Of a DNA stretch of 64,000 nucleotides, positions 25,235 to 36,974 are shown piece by piece (the stretch's first letter is position 1; each line of letters starts with the position of its first letter). The notes below the pieces were generated by a model. It worked only from the letters and a program-made list of their open reading frames with translations, ran no database searches and was not told where the DNA came from. The stretch is taken from the NCBI RefSeq assembly GCF_006345805.1, contig NC_042997.1, positions 74,896,001-74,960,000 of the forward strand, written 5' to 3'. The position numbers and the translations under genes were made by a program. Source of the DNA: Octopus sinensis. Lineage: Eukaryota.

Positions 25235-25510
25235 GACCAGAACTCGGGAAACTTAGTTTAGTGTTCTATGGTCTATGACCAGAACTCGGGAAACTTGGTT
25301 GAGTGTTCTATGGTCTATGACCAGAACTCGGGAAACTTGCTTGACTGTTCTATGGTCTATGACCAGAAATCGGGAAACTTGGTTGAGTGTTCTATGGTCT
25401 ATGACCAGAACTCGGGAAACTTGCTTGACTGTTCTATGGTCTATGACCAGAAATCGGGAAACTTGGTTGAGTGTTCTATGGTCTATGACCAGAACTTGGG
25501 AAACTTGGTT
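25235..25510. repeat. 42-bp minisatellite (~6.5 units; ~2.5 units in the paralog at 20446-20548)
   Basis: gaccagaa(c/a)tcgggaaacttg(g/c)ttga(g/c)tgttctatggtctat repeated without spacers. Confidence 0.9.
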
Positions 25511-26601
25511 GTCCTCATCTTATAAAATTTGGCCCCAGTAGACCCAAATTAAATCGGGTTATATTAACCAAAAGGTGAAAAGGGGTATAAATGGGGCTGG
25601 AAGGGGATTAAAATTTAAAGGAGCGGGTGTTTAGCAATTCTCTGTTACATCAAGCTAAAAAATTTGCTCCAGCCTTTTAATCGTCAATGTGTTGCCGTCC
25701 ATGATGAAGAAGTTTTGAATGCTTGCCATCGTGAGTCTACTGTCGTGAGAAAGAATCAAGTGAAAACTTGGTTTTTAGGGATTTTCTTTTACATCAAGTT
25801 CAAACTTTTACGCCAGCCGTTGAACTGTCAATACGTTGCTGTCCGTCGTTAAGAAATGCCAGCCATGGTGACTCTACTATCCTCAAATTCTATCCCTTCA
25901 AACTTTGGTTTCCAATATTTTATTATTTTTATTCAGTTCGCAAGTTCGTCTGTCCCTTTTAAATGTTAGTGTTTTGCTGTCTGTCTTGAAGCAGACCTTT
26001 CCTTTGTAACTGCCTGATATTTATGATTGATCTTTCTAAATATTTTATTTCTCAACTTACTCAAGATCTTTTGTTGTTTATAAATGGGAGAGAGATACAT
26101 AAAGATAGAGAGTAAGAGAAAGCGAGGGAGAGTCCGAGAGAAAGGAAGAGTAAGAGAGTGGGAAAGTGAGAGAGAAAGGAGAAAGAAACAAAGAGGGAGA
26201 ATCATCATCATCATCATCATCATCATCGTTTAACGTCCGTTTTCCGTGCTAGCACGGGTTGGACAGTTTGACAGGGGTCTGGGAAGCCAGGAGGCTGCAC
26301 CAGGCTCCAGTCTGATCTGGCAGTGTTTCGACAGGTGGATGTCCTTCCTAACGCCAAACACTCTGTGAGCGTAGTGGGTGCTTTTTTCGTGCCGCCTGCA
26401 CAGGTGCCAGGGGGGCTGGTAGCGGCCACGATCGGTTGGTGCTTTTTACGTGCCACCAGCACAGAAGCCAGTCAAGGCGGCGCTGCAATCGGCCACGTTC
26501 GGATGGTGCTTTTTACGTGCTGAAAGGAAGCAACAGAAAGTAACAACCACACTCTTACCCGCGCGTAGAGCGGGTCACCTTCAGCTAGTATATATATATA
26601 T

Positions 26602-26652
<51 letters not shown>

Positions 26653-26681
26653 ATGTATGTATATATATAATATATATGTAT

Positions 26682-26726
<45 letters not shown>

Positions 26727-26840
26727 TATAATTTCAGCAAAAACAATGAAGATTCAAATGAATTCGAATGAATAAGGTACTTAACTTAGATGCACCAGGA
26801 TTCTTCGTGGTATTAACCATAAAATTATGTGGGGTGATTA

Positions 26841-27136
26841 TAACCAAGAAAAAAGCAACAAGAATGGATTGGTAGATTAGTACAATTGTTTCATACTAAA
26901 AACATTTAATTTCAAGCTGCAAATATTACAGCAAATATAATGTCAAGTATTCACTCCTATAACTTCATAAGGATATTTACACTCTCTAAGAATATATGGA
27001 AAACCTATATGTGATTTAGCTGATGAATACTTGACATTATATTTGCTGTAATATTTGCAGCTTGAAATTAAATGTTTTTAGTATGAAACAATTGTATTAA
27101 TCTACCGATCCATTCTTGTTGCTTTTTTCTTGGTTA
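26841..27136. repeat. Foldback inverted repeat, ~113-bp arms with a 70-bp spacer
   Basis: 26841-26953 is the reverse complement of 27024-27136 with a few mismatches. Confidence 0.9.
27013..27102 (+). ncRNA. Type I hammerhead motif with canonical CUGAUGA core
   Basis: gatttag CTGATGA ATAC..GTAT GAA ACAA|TTGT A ttaatc; cleavage after GUA at 27096. Confidence 0.75.
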
Positions 27137-27157
27137 CACATATACATATATATATAT

Positions 27158-27293
27158 ATCATAGGTAAATTCCAATTCAAGAAATTCTATATTGTACAAT
27201 TGTATTAAAAACAAACTATGTTTTTAAAAACATAGTTTGTTTTTAATACAATTGTACAATATAGAATTTCTTCAATTGGAATTTACCTATGAT
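27158..27293. repeat. 136-bp spacerless palindrome with one mismatch
   Basis: Centre tatgttttt|aaaaacata at 27225/27226. Confidence 0.95.
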
Positions 27294-27822
27294 TTTTCGA
27301 AGTAGATTCCATTGGGTCATGGCATATACATTTTTTTCAATTTCCCCCCCAATTAAGCAAAAATTCGAGAAAACTCAATATTTTACGATTTGCCTCTCTC
27401 ATTTCAAATGCTTTACTCCTGCTATTACCACACTTTCTCCTACTTTCTCTTTGCAAGTGTATACCACTATCACATCCTCTTTCTGGAAATCTTATTCAAC
27501 ATCACACATTCTGCTACTTTCTCTTATTAATGCTTAAACCAATCCTAAAAAAAAAGGAAACAGAGATCTGTCCCTAACTTTTGGTAGTATTCATTGGCGA
27601 GTATACTTCAGTTGTCAATTGTTGAAAGAAAGAAATTGTAAGCTAAGAAGGTGTGTGTGTGTATGTGTGCGTGCGTGTGTGTGTGTGTGTGTACGAAGTG
27701 AAGGATAAATATATGGCAAGAAGTGGACAGATGTACATATATACATACATCCATACATACATACATACATACATGTGTGTGTGTGTGTATGTATGTGTAT
27801 TAATGTGTGTGTGTTACCTCTC

Positions 27823-28206
27823 TCTATATAAAGCTGAAGTTGTCTGTGTGCGGCAGGTTTGGTAGCCTTCAGCTAACACTATCTCCTCCGAGACCCTGCA
27901 GCGCAAGTTGAACAAAATTGAGAGAATGATAGAAGAATGGTTGCTCTTCCTTCCGTAGAAGATAAAATTCAAATTGGTCCATGTTAACACCAAAAATTAT
28001 TTACATCAAAAAGGTGCTTTTTCTATGAAAATTCCTATTTTTTACGAATTTTTCACTGCTGTGTCGCCACTTTTCGGTAAATTTCAACCAGAAAAATGTT
28101 CACTTGAAGATAATAACAAGCTACATAATGCAAAATTTTAACTTTTCAAAAATTCCAATTCCAGCGGGTAGAAACAAACCCGAGCAACGCCGGGCGATAC
28201 TGCTAG
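27823..28206 (+). mobile_element. Non-autonomous Helitron with the same 3' end as 21928/22428 but a different body
   Basis: TCtatatataaag start; ends aaacccgagcaacgccgggcgatactgCTAG|t. Confidence 0.7.
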
Positions 28207-28237
28207 TAGTATATAGAATATATGTATAGTATATGTG

Positions 28238-28290
<53 letters not shown>

Positions 28291-28434
28291 ACATATATAT
28301 ATATAGTATGTATATATATGCGTCTATATAGTGTATGTATACATATATATATATATATAGTATATATATATGTATATATGTATTATACAGTATATAATAT
28401 ATATACAGTATATATATATAGTACACAGTATATA

Positions 28435-28553
<119 letters not shown>

Positions 28554-28716
28554 TTTAAAAAAAGAAGATTGAAAACACCACTATATAGGATGAATTTTAA
28601 TTTTCTTAGAAATTTTACATGTTTCTGTTCTTGAAAAAACGAACCTTATCAAAAATATTTTAAAAAGTTAAATGTATATATATATATATAGTATATATAT
28701 GTAGTATGTATATATA

Positions 28717-28796
<80 letters not shown>

Positions 28797-28814
28797 CATA
28801 TATATATGCGTGTG

Positions 28815-29140
28815 TGTGTTAGAGACTTCTTGAGGCAGTCTTCGTAGCGCTTCCTCGGAGCACCTCTCACACGGTGGCCGGTGGAGGGTTCGACAAACAG
28901 GGCAATCTTAGGAAGGCGATGGTTCTCCATTCTGGAGACATGCCCTGCCCATCGGAGGTGGGACTTCAGTAGCATGGCTTCAATGCTTGGGATCTCGTCC
29001 CGCTCCAAAACATCAATGTATGTTGAGGATGGTGCAGAGACATCGTTGGTAGAACACTCAAGGAGACGCATGTAACTGCGGTAAATGATCCAGGTCTCTG
29101 AGCCATAGAGAAGAATGGTGAGAACGATGGCCCTGTACAA
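28815..29140 (-). mobile_element. C-terminal fragment of a BovB-type RTE LINE
   Basis: YRAIVLTILLYGSETW..LRWAGHVSRMENHRLPK..GAPRKRYEDCLKKSL. Confidence 0.85.
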
Positions 29141-29162
29141 TCTACCATATATATGTTTATAC

Positions 29163-29195
<33 letters not shown>

Positions 29196-29402
29196 ATATA
29201 TATATATATATATTATTATATATAGTATATATATATGTATAGTATATATAGTATGTATATATATAGTATGTATATATATTATTGTATGTATATATATATA
29301 TATAGTATATATATGGTATGTATACATATATATATAGTATATATATAAATAGTATGTATATATATATATAGTATATATATATATATATATACATATATAT
29401 AG

Positions 29403-29440
<38 letters not shown>

Positions 29441-29477
29441 TATACTTTATTTTAAGCAGCAGAAAATTCAACAAAAT

Positions 29478-29515
29478 CTGTTACTCTGAGTTTCTCGTTG
29501 CCGTTCGTCAGACAG
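29478..29515 (-). ncRNA. Minimal hammerhead motif in a solo pseudo-LTR-like segment
   Basis: Reverse complement: ctgt CTGACGA A CG gcaa CG A GAA ACTC a GAGT A acag. Confidence 0.6.
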
Positions 29516-30239
29516 TTTTTGCTAGAATGGAATCGATATATCAATTCAATCTAGACTCTTGCAAACGCTACACCTTTAAAAAAAATGGACTTGCTTGATT
29601 GGCCCTTTAGAAAAAACGGTCAATATTCGAGCGATAAACAAAAAGGTCAAAAATATATGTATATATATATATATAAAAACTTATAAAAATTATAAAATTC
29701 GAGGAAAAAACCTTACATTGAATAAAATACATATTGACGTTAATGAAGAAAGTATAATTAAAGCATAGAAGTTAAACCTATTATAAATATTACACTGCAA
29801 TACATATTTATATTAAAGTGTACATATATATATCAACATACACAGAATGATGCGTGCAAACGCCATACATATACAGACGTATAAATATAAATCTAAAATA
29901 TACCCATAAATGCATGCGTACATATATGTACGCAATCCATCTCGCACGCAAGTTAAAATCATCTATATAGCGATTCTCATATACTGAGCAAGGGGGACGT
30001 AGAGTTGCATCAGTATCAGTTGGAGAAAAAAACGAAAGAAAGGAAGAGAGAGAAAAAGGAACGAAGAAGGGGGAAGGAAAATAGAAAAAGGAGGGGTGGG
30101 GAAAAAAACGAAATAAGAAAAAATTATGTATACAAGCTGTGTAACGGCATTATTGACATATATGGAGACAAGTATACAAATACACAAGTTCGAATGGATA
30201 CATACACATACAGTCGTGTATATGTGTGCTTAAGCACAA

Positions 30240-32415
30240 ACATATTCATGTCTGTAATGCAAGCCATATGCTACGAATGTGTCCCAGAGAGAAAGGCCAC
30301 TGTACACAAGAGCAAAATCTCCAGAGAGAGGAAAATTCTAATGAGACGGCGTACAAAAGTTTCAAATCACCTAAACAAACAAATTGAAAGCAGTGAAAAG
30401 TCCCGCCTGAAAATAAAACTGTTGGAAATTGAAAAATGTCTGCAACTCTCCCATGAAAAAGAAAGAGCAGACAAAGAAGCCTGGGCTATAGACAACATTA
30501 AATCTAACCCTAGAGCTTTCTACAGGTATGCCAAAGAAACAGCTACGGTGCACTGTAGGATAGGGCCACTCCTTGAAAAGGATGGCACACTCACAGGAAA
30601 TCCAATGAGGGTAAGTGAAATACTAAATGAGCAATACAAGAGTATTTTCACAGCACCCCTAGGGCATTTTCAAGTCAGCAATCCAACTGACTTCTTTACC
30701 ACTGCAGATTTAAAATCGGAGGCAGCGATGATTGATTACATCAATATAAAGGAAGACGATGTAATAAAGGCTATTGATGAAATGAAAACAAACTCAGCTA
30801 CTGGCCCAGATGAATTCCCAGCAATCCTTCTAAAAGTATGTAAGAGAGTCCTAGCAAGACCATTGCAGTTCCTCTTTCAGAGCTTCCTTGCAACTAGCAA
30901 ACTTCCAAGAAAACTGAGGGAAGGTAAAATATGCCCTATTCATAAAGGAGGTAACAGAGCGACGGCCAAGAACTACAGACCTATCTCTCTGACCTCACAC
31001 ATCAGCAAGGTCATGGAACGAATAGTCAGAAGGAAACTAATCACCTTCCTTGAAAAAAATGACTTGCTGCCGGACACCCAACATGGTTTCCGACCAGGAA
31101 GAAGCTGCTTAACTCAGCTCCTACAACACTATGACTGGGTGCTGAAACGACTGCTCAACCACTCAAATGTGGAAGTGATATATCTCGACTTTGCAAAGGC
31201 CTTTGATAAAGTCGATCATGAAATGATATGTCACAAACTGCATGATCTTGGCATAGTTGGAAAATTGGGAGAATGGCTTTATGACTTTCTGAAGGATAGA
31301 AGTCAGGTGGTAGTAGCCACTTCCATTAACACGCAAATAGTGAGCGGTGTTCCGCAAGGCAGTTTTGGGACCACTACTGTTCATAATGGCCCTCTCAGAC
31401 ATGCCCTCAGCCACGCAGAGAGCCACAATCACAAGTTATGCAGATGATACAAAAGTTTCACAGGCAATACAGAACCCTGAAGACATTAAACACCTGCAAT
31501 GTGAGCTGGACAAAATATACAAGTGGGCTGAAAAGAATAGCATGCAGTTCAATGCTGAAAAGTTTCAAGTTCTATGCTATCAGCACGCAAAACTAAATGC
31601 AATACCCAATAAATACATGGGACCTGGCGGGACTGCAATCCCAGAGGCACAATCAGTGCGAGACCTGCGTATTTACATGAGTGATGATGCAACCTTTCAT
31701 ATGCATGTTGCTAAATTGGCAATGAAATGTAGGCGGCTGACCGGATGGATTCTTAGAACCTTCAGAACAAGGGACCATGAATCCATGATGGTCCTTTGGA
31801 GGACACTTGTCCTAAGCCACTTTGATTATTGCTTTCAGCTATGGTCACCATCCAGTGTCAAGTTGATCATAGATCTTGAGGCGATCCAACGAAGCTACAC
31901 GAAGAATATAGCCTCTGTGCAGCATATAAGCTATTGGGAAAGACTCAAGAGATTGAGACTCTATTCCTTAGAGCGTAGGCGAGAAAGATATGCCCTAATA
32001 TACATCTGGAAGATCCTAGAAGGATTTGTCCCAAACTTTGGCATCGACAGTTACACAAATGCCAGAACTGGGTGCCACTGCATAGTGCCAATGACTCCAA
32101 ATTTGCCATCAAGATGTAGGACAAGATACTGTGATAGCCTGGGCTTCCGAGGCCTACAGCTCTTCAATATCCTCCCGAAGAACCTCAGAGACATGAAACT
32201 GGATCTCTTCTTGTCAGGTATCCCAGATGAACCAACTTCACGGCAGGAGGTGCAGATGAGGGCAGCTGCATCGAACTCTCTCATACACCAAATGGCAATT
32301 GCTAAAAGCACTCGTGAAGTAAAATCATGTAGCAACACCAAATGGCGGTGCCCCAGCATGGCCACAGCTTGTGAGCTGAAACTAGATAAATAAATAAATA
32401 AATAAATAAATAAAT
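30240..32415 (+). mobile_element. CR1-like LINE, 5'-truncated: RT and 3' tail with (TAAA)n
   Basis: KNYRPISLTSH, YLDFAKAFDKV, SGVPQG(frameshift)VLGPLLF, YADDTK, SLERRRERY; one frameshift near 31370. Confidence 0.93.
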
Positions 32416-32449
32416 GTATAGTGTGTATATATATATATATATATGTGAA

Positions 32450-34785
32450 AAAACAAGTCAAAATAGAAAATGCTAAAATAATTTTATAAAGATCATTTCA
32501 GTACCGGTTTCGGTCATTTTGAGACCTTTTCAACTGTAACGATTAAATAATTAAATTTAGAAAAATTAAAAGAAAAGTTTTTTTAAAGGAATATTTGTAT
32601 AGTGTTCAAATATAAGTGGCATTCTGCCTTTCTCTGTCTCCCTTGTTTGCACTTGTGAATTCTTGGTAGGGTAGAAGAAGAAGAAGGTTGATGAGGAGAG
32701 GGGGTGGAAAAATTTGGGAGTGCCTTGATGGTCATATTTTGAATGGTCAGTGACGGCTAGCAGTTGCAGTTCAATTCAGGAGAATATTTCTATTGAAAGG
32801 TTTGTTTATAGAATTTGCGTAGGTGTTATACTTAAAAGCATTAGTGATAAAGTTAAGAGGTAGAAGGTGGAGCAGAAGAAGAAGATGACGATGTTGATGA
32901 TGATGATGATGATGAAGAAGAAGAAGAAGAAGGAGAAGAAGATGATGATGATGGTGATGACGATGATGATGATGATAATGATGATGATGAAGAAGAAGAG
33001 GAAGAAGAAGAAAAAAGAGAAGGGAGAATATGAATGAGTGAAAGTAGTGAGGTGTTGTATGACTTGAAGTTGGCACGTTATGGATTGTAGCTGTGATTGG
33101 GGCTGATTTGCAATGGATTCTTTGGAATGTAATATTTGTGTGTGTATTTCTGTTATTCTAAAGTTGAGGTATATTAATCGTTTGTCGTAGACCCGTTAAG
33201 AAGTGGCCTGTATTTTGTAATAAAGAGAGTTTCGTTACTTATTCGTTGTCTCGAGGTTGTATCGTCCCTAAATTGGTAGAGGGGGAAAATCCTGAAGCCT
33301 GGTGTTTTGTTGTTGGCGCAAGTATCTATGTGTTGGCTAAAAGCTATTTTTCTGTTTTGGGGAATTTTTATCTGGGATCTGTGCAAGGCCATTCTTTTAC
33401 GCAAACTATTTTTTGTTTGGCCTACGTACTGCTCTTGACACCCAGAGCAGGTTAGTGTGTATATCAGGTTCTCCGAAGCACATGTGAAGTTGCTTTTCAC
33501 TGTAAACCGTTGTCCCTGTTTGAAGGAGAACTCTGATCCCTCAATTAGATAATCGCATATCCCGCAATTGGGTCTTCCACATTTTTTTTACTGTCGGCTT
33601 CTGTGTTGAAGAGTGTATTCGGGCTTGTGTTAGGAGACTTTTCATAGATTTAGGCTGACTCTTGCTTTTTATGATCGTGTGTGTTTGGAGGATTGTGTTC
33701 ATTCTGTGGTCTTTTTTTAGGAGAGGTATGTTGTGGAGGATGGTGCCGAAGGCTTCATTATTGAGAGGGTTGTGTGTGGAGATGTATGGTAAGGCTTTTA
33801 GTCGTAAGTTTTTCTTTGATTTGGGATGTCTCAGTTCCTTGATGTTAAGTTGAAGGGCACGTTGAATGCACATGTCAATAAGTGAAGGTGGGTAGTTCCT
33901 GGTGATAAAGGTATCTTTTAGTTCTTGTAGTCGTGTGTCTCTGGTGTTTGCATTAGAAACTATAGTGCATATCCCTTTTGCTAGATTGAAGGGGATATTC
34001 ATCCTGGTGTGTCTGGGGTGGCATGAATTGAATGGAAGATATTGCTTAGAATCTGTAGGCTTATAATATATGTCTGTTTCTATTACATTATTAGCTTTCT
34101 TAATGAGGATATCGAGGAAGGGGAGTTGTTGCTGGCTATATTCCATCGTGAATTGGATGTTTACGTCCAGTCCGTTTAAAATTTCTTGGAATTCTTTGAG
34201 TTTTTCTATATTTTTATGCCAAAGAATGAAACAGTCTTCCAGTTGTTTTCTATGTAGATGGAGAAAGGGCTGCCATATCTTTCTAGAACCTTACGATACA
34301 GACTGATCTCCAGATATCCTATGACTAGGTTGGCAAAGGAGAGGGCCATTCGTGTACCCATCGCAGTCCCCGATTTTTGTCGGTAGAAGTTGTCTTTGAA
34401 GGCGAAGAAGTTATTTTCCAGGATGAATTTAACCCCTTCTATCACGAAGTCTTTTTTGATGCGATGTGGGAGTTCGTTGGCGTGATTCTCTAGCCAGAAT
34501 TGGATTGCCTCTAGTCCTAGGTTGTGGGGGATATTGGAGTAGAGGTTGACTACATCGAAGGATACCAGTATGGTGTTTTTGTTTATAGTATTCGGTAGGT
34601 GATTGAGCATATCCAAGTCGTCCCTTATATAGCTTTTGACATGTTTGAGGAGTGGTTTTAACAGGGTGTCTAAAAAGTTACTGAGGCGGTGGGTTTCGCA
34701 TGCGGGACCTGCTATTATGGGTCTCAATTTGAGGTCATTAGAATTAGGGACTTTAATTATTTTGTCTGTAGCTATCTTGCATGCG
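32450..34785 (-). mobile_element. Second PLE family, 5'-truncated, frameshifted (RT plus GIY-YIG) with 3' pseudo-LTR
   Basis: RPIIAGP, SFDVVNLYSNIP, GTAMGT, YKPTDSKQYL, LIYTLTCSGCQEQYVGQT in ORFs 34206-34727, 33541-34146 and 33174-33500. Confidence 0.9.
32499..32536 (-). ncRNA. Degenerate minimal hammerhead (core TTGAAAA), probably inactive
   Basis: Reverse complement: cag TTGAAAA GGTC tcaaaat GACC GAA ACC|GGT A ctg; two core substitutions. Confidence 0.55.
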
Positions 34786-34821
<36 letters not shown>

Positions 34822-34828
<7 letters not shown>

Positions 34829-35163
34829 CTTTAATGTGATTTGAACATTGGACTTTATCGTGAACATTAATTGATCTGAAATGTATTGAACTGTATCTGC
34901 ATGTTTAAATGCTTTGATTTGTTATTTGATTTGTTGTATACCTGATGTATCTTTGATTTATTTGATGTTGTAATAATTGTATAAACTGTTGTTAAATGTA
35001 GCCGATTGCCTTCCGCCGTCTCTCTTTGTGTCTCTTCCTACTGTTGTTGTTGTTATCTCCGGTCGCCGGCTGCCGTGTTTGCTGCCGTTTTTCCCCCACC
35101 GAATTCTCGCTCTCCTTAATGTTCATGATACAGTCCAATGTTCAAATCACATTTAAGTCATAT
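34822..35163. repeat. ~44-bp inverted repeat pair
   Basis: atatgactttaatgtgatttgaacattggactttatcgtgaac (about 34822-34865) versus its near reverse complement at about 35121-35163. Confidence 0.7.
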
Positions 35164-35599
35164 TTCCTTTTTCAACACGTATCAACACAATTCAGTGTTC
35201 TTTATAATCTCTTTAGCACTGTTCTTTGTAACACATCAATTCTTTTACATTTCTTTTTCCTTCTTTTTTCACAAATCTAAACATAAGTAAATACATACCG
35301 TACAACAGCCAATGCCTTACACCGCAGTCCCTCTCTCCTAGATCCGTAATACTATCTGTCTGTCTTCCTCTTTCTAGTCTACCGTCACAGCAGAAACAAC
35401 CTACTACTAACTTGCTCTGTCCTCAGCTGTCCCGTCTCTCGTATCAGTCCCGTCTCTTCTAGAGCTCCCGGCCGACTGTGTAACAGACTCACAGTTCCTG
35501 CTTTTTAAGGGGTGTTTCCAACGAACTTTCTTTCACCTGAAAAGGGTCGGAGGTCTCCCCAGATCTAATCAATCCACCTGAATCTGACAGGACAATGGA

Positions 35600-36850
35600 T
35601 TTATTCCAAAAGTAGGTCGCAAGCACTGTCCTTAAATTGACCTATTCATAACAATATATATAGCATATATATATCCCGTCACTTCTGCTTGGCCAACCAT
35701 CCCTCGTCTAACATCTCCGTCTTTGGCCTTGCTCTACACAATGGATCGCCACAATCCAGGCTTCACTTGGAAGAGCGCTATATCTTCAATTTACACACTG
35801 ATATCCCGCACGGGCTTAACAACACCCCCTCCTCTTAGTGACTGCCTCTACACCTCCCGCAACAAGCAACTTTATTCCTTTTTCATTTCTTACTTGTAAT
35901 TGCGTCTTTTATATTAGATTAACTTCCTTATATTTTGTTTTTTTTTGTTTTTTTATTGTTTATAATTTATTGTTTTTATAAATTATTGTTTTTATTTCTA
36001 TATACACAAACACATACACACACATGCACATACACACACACCCACACAATTATACACATATGGGCACAAACAAGCACATACAAGCACACACGCACGTAAG
36101 CACACACACACAAGCACACGCACGCACATATACACAGGTACACACATTATGCCTACACAAATCCCACAACCGCCCACACACACACACACAAGCATGTGCA
36201 CACATACACACGCACACACACACGAATGCATACACCTAACACTCACAACCCTACAGATACACGCATATACACCCACATACGCATACACGCACACACATAC
36301 ACGTACACACAACTACATGCACATACAACACACACGCACAAACAAATAAACCCACACATACCTCCCATACACAGCACACACTCATACATACAGGCACACA
36401 ATTATACATACATGTATACACACATATGCACATACAAGCACACACGCACACATACAAAATGTAAAGCACAGTTATTCCCCACACACACAACCTCTACGCA
36501 AACACACATGAACACACACATATATACACACACACAGACCTCCGCGCACGCACATATCCACACATACACACACATACCTACTTCTCTTGCACTCTCCTGT
36601 CTTTGAAAGAACTTTTTCTTCACCCATTCCCTTCCGGTCATTCAAAATGTGACCGCATGTGTACCGGCGATGTTTTTTCCTCCGTCTTCCCTTCCTTGGA
36701 TCTTTCGTTCTCCTATGTTTCTGACAAACAGCTCCGCTCGAAACGTTAAATCCTTCTACTTTCTTTCCTTTCCTGAGCATCCAATACTATACTTGTTCCA
36801 CGTCCTCGAGTTGTGTTTTCTTTTTGTATTTTCATGTTTGGATTAACTTT
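35600..36850 (+). mobile_element. Old 3' remnant related to the 53061-59411 PLE family
   Basis: GIY-YIG end (..ERYIFNLHT..PHGLNN..) near 35770-35840, CA-rich UTR, decayed hammerhead CTGACAA A CAGC tcc GCTC GAAACGT at 36717-36751. Confidence 0.75.
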
Positions 36851-36856
36851 ATAGTG

Positions 36857-36914
<58 letters not shown>

Positions 36915-36974
36915 TATATATACAAATATATATATATATATATATAAATATATAAGTATATAAATATGTATCCT

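Larger units (their letters stand above)
19745..26590. repeat. Macro-tandem repeat, about three copies of a multi-kb unit that includes an RTE 3' UTR
   Basis: Block A: 19745-20548, 21296-23040 (diverged), 24472-25505. Block C: 23265-23735, 25505-25990. Block B: 20549-21295, 23736-24471, 25991-26590. Confidence 0.85.

Noticed and set aside
25235-25510. Regular 42-bp repeats, and ~63-bp units at 180-460, resembling a CRISPR array
   Set aside because: Contiguous tandem units with no unique spacers, no cas genes and a eukaryotic context.
30005-30240. Lys/Glu/Arg-rich N-terminal extension of the 480-aa ORF
   Set aside because: Chance read-through of a GA-rich flank upstream of the truncated CR1-like LINE.
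32771-33076. Poly-His/poly-Leu ORF, and poly-Met ORFs at 20526, 23710 and 25966
   Set aside because: Products of (GAT)n/(GAA)n repeats and LINE (GAT)n tails.
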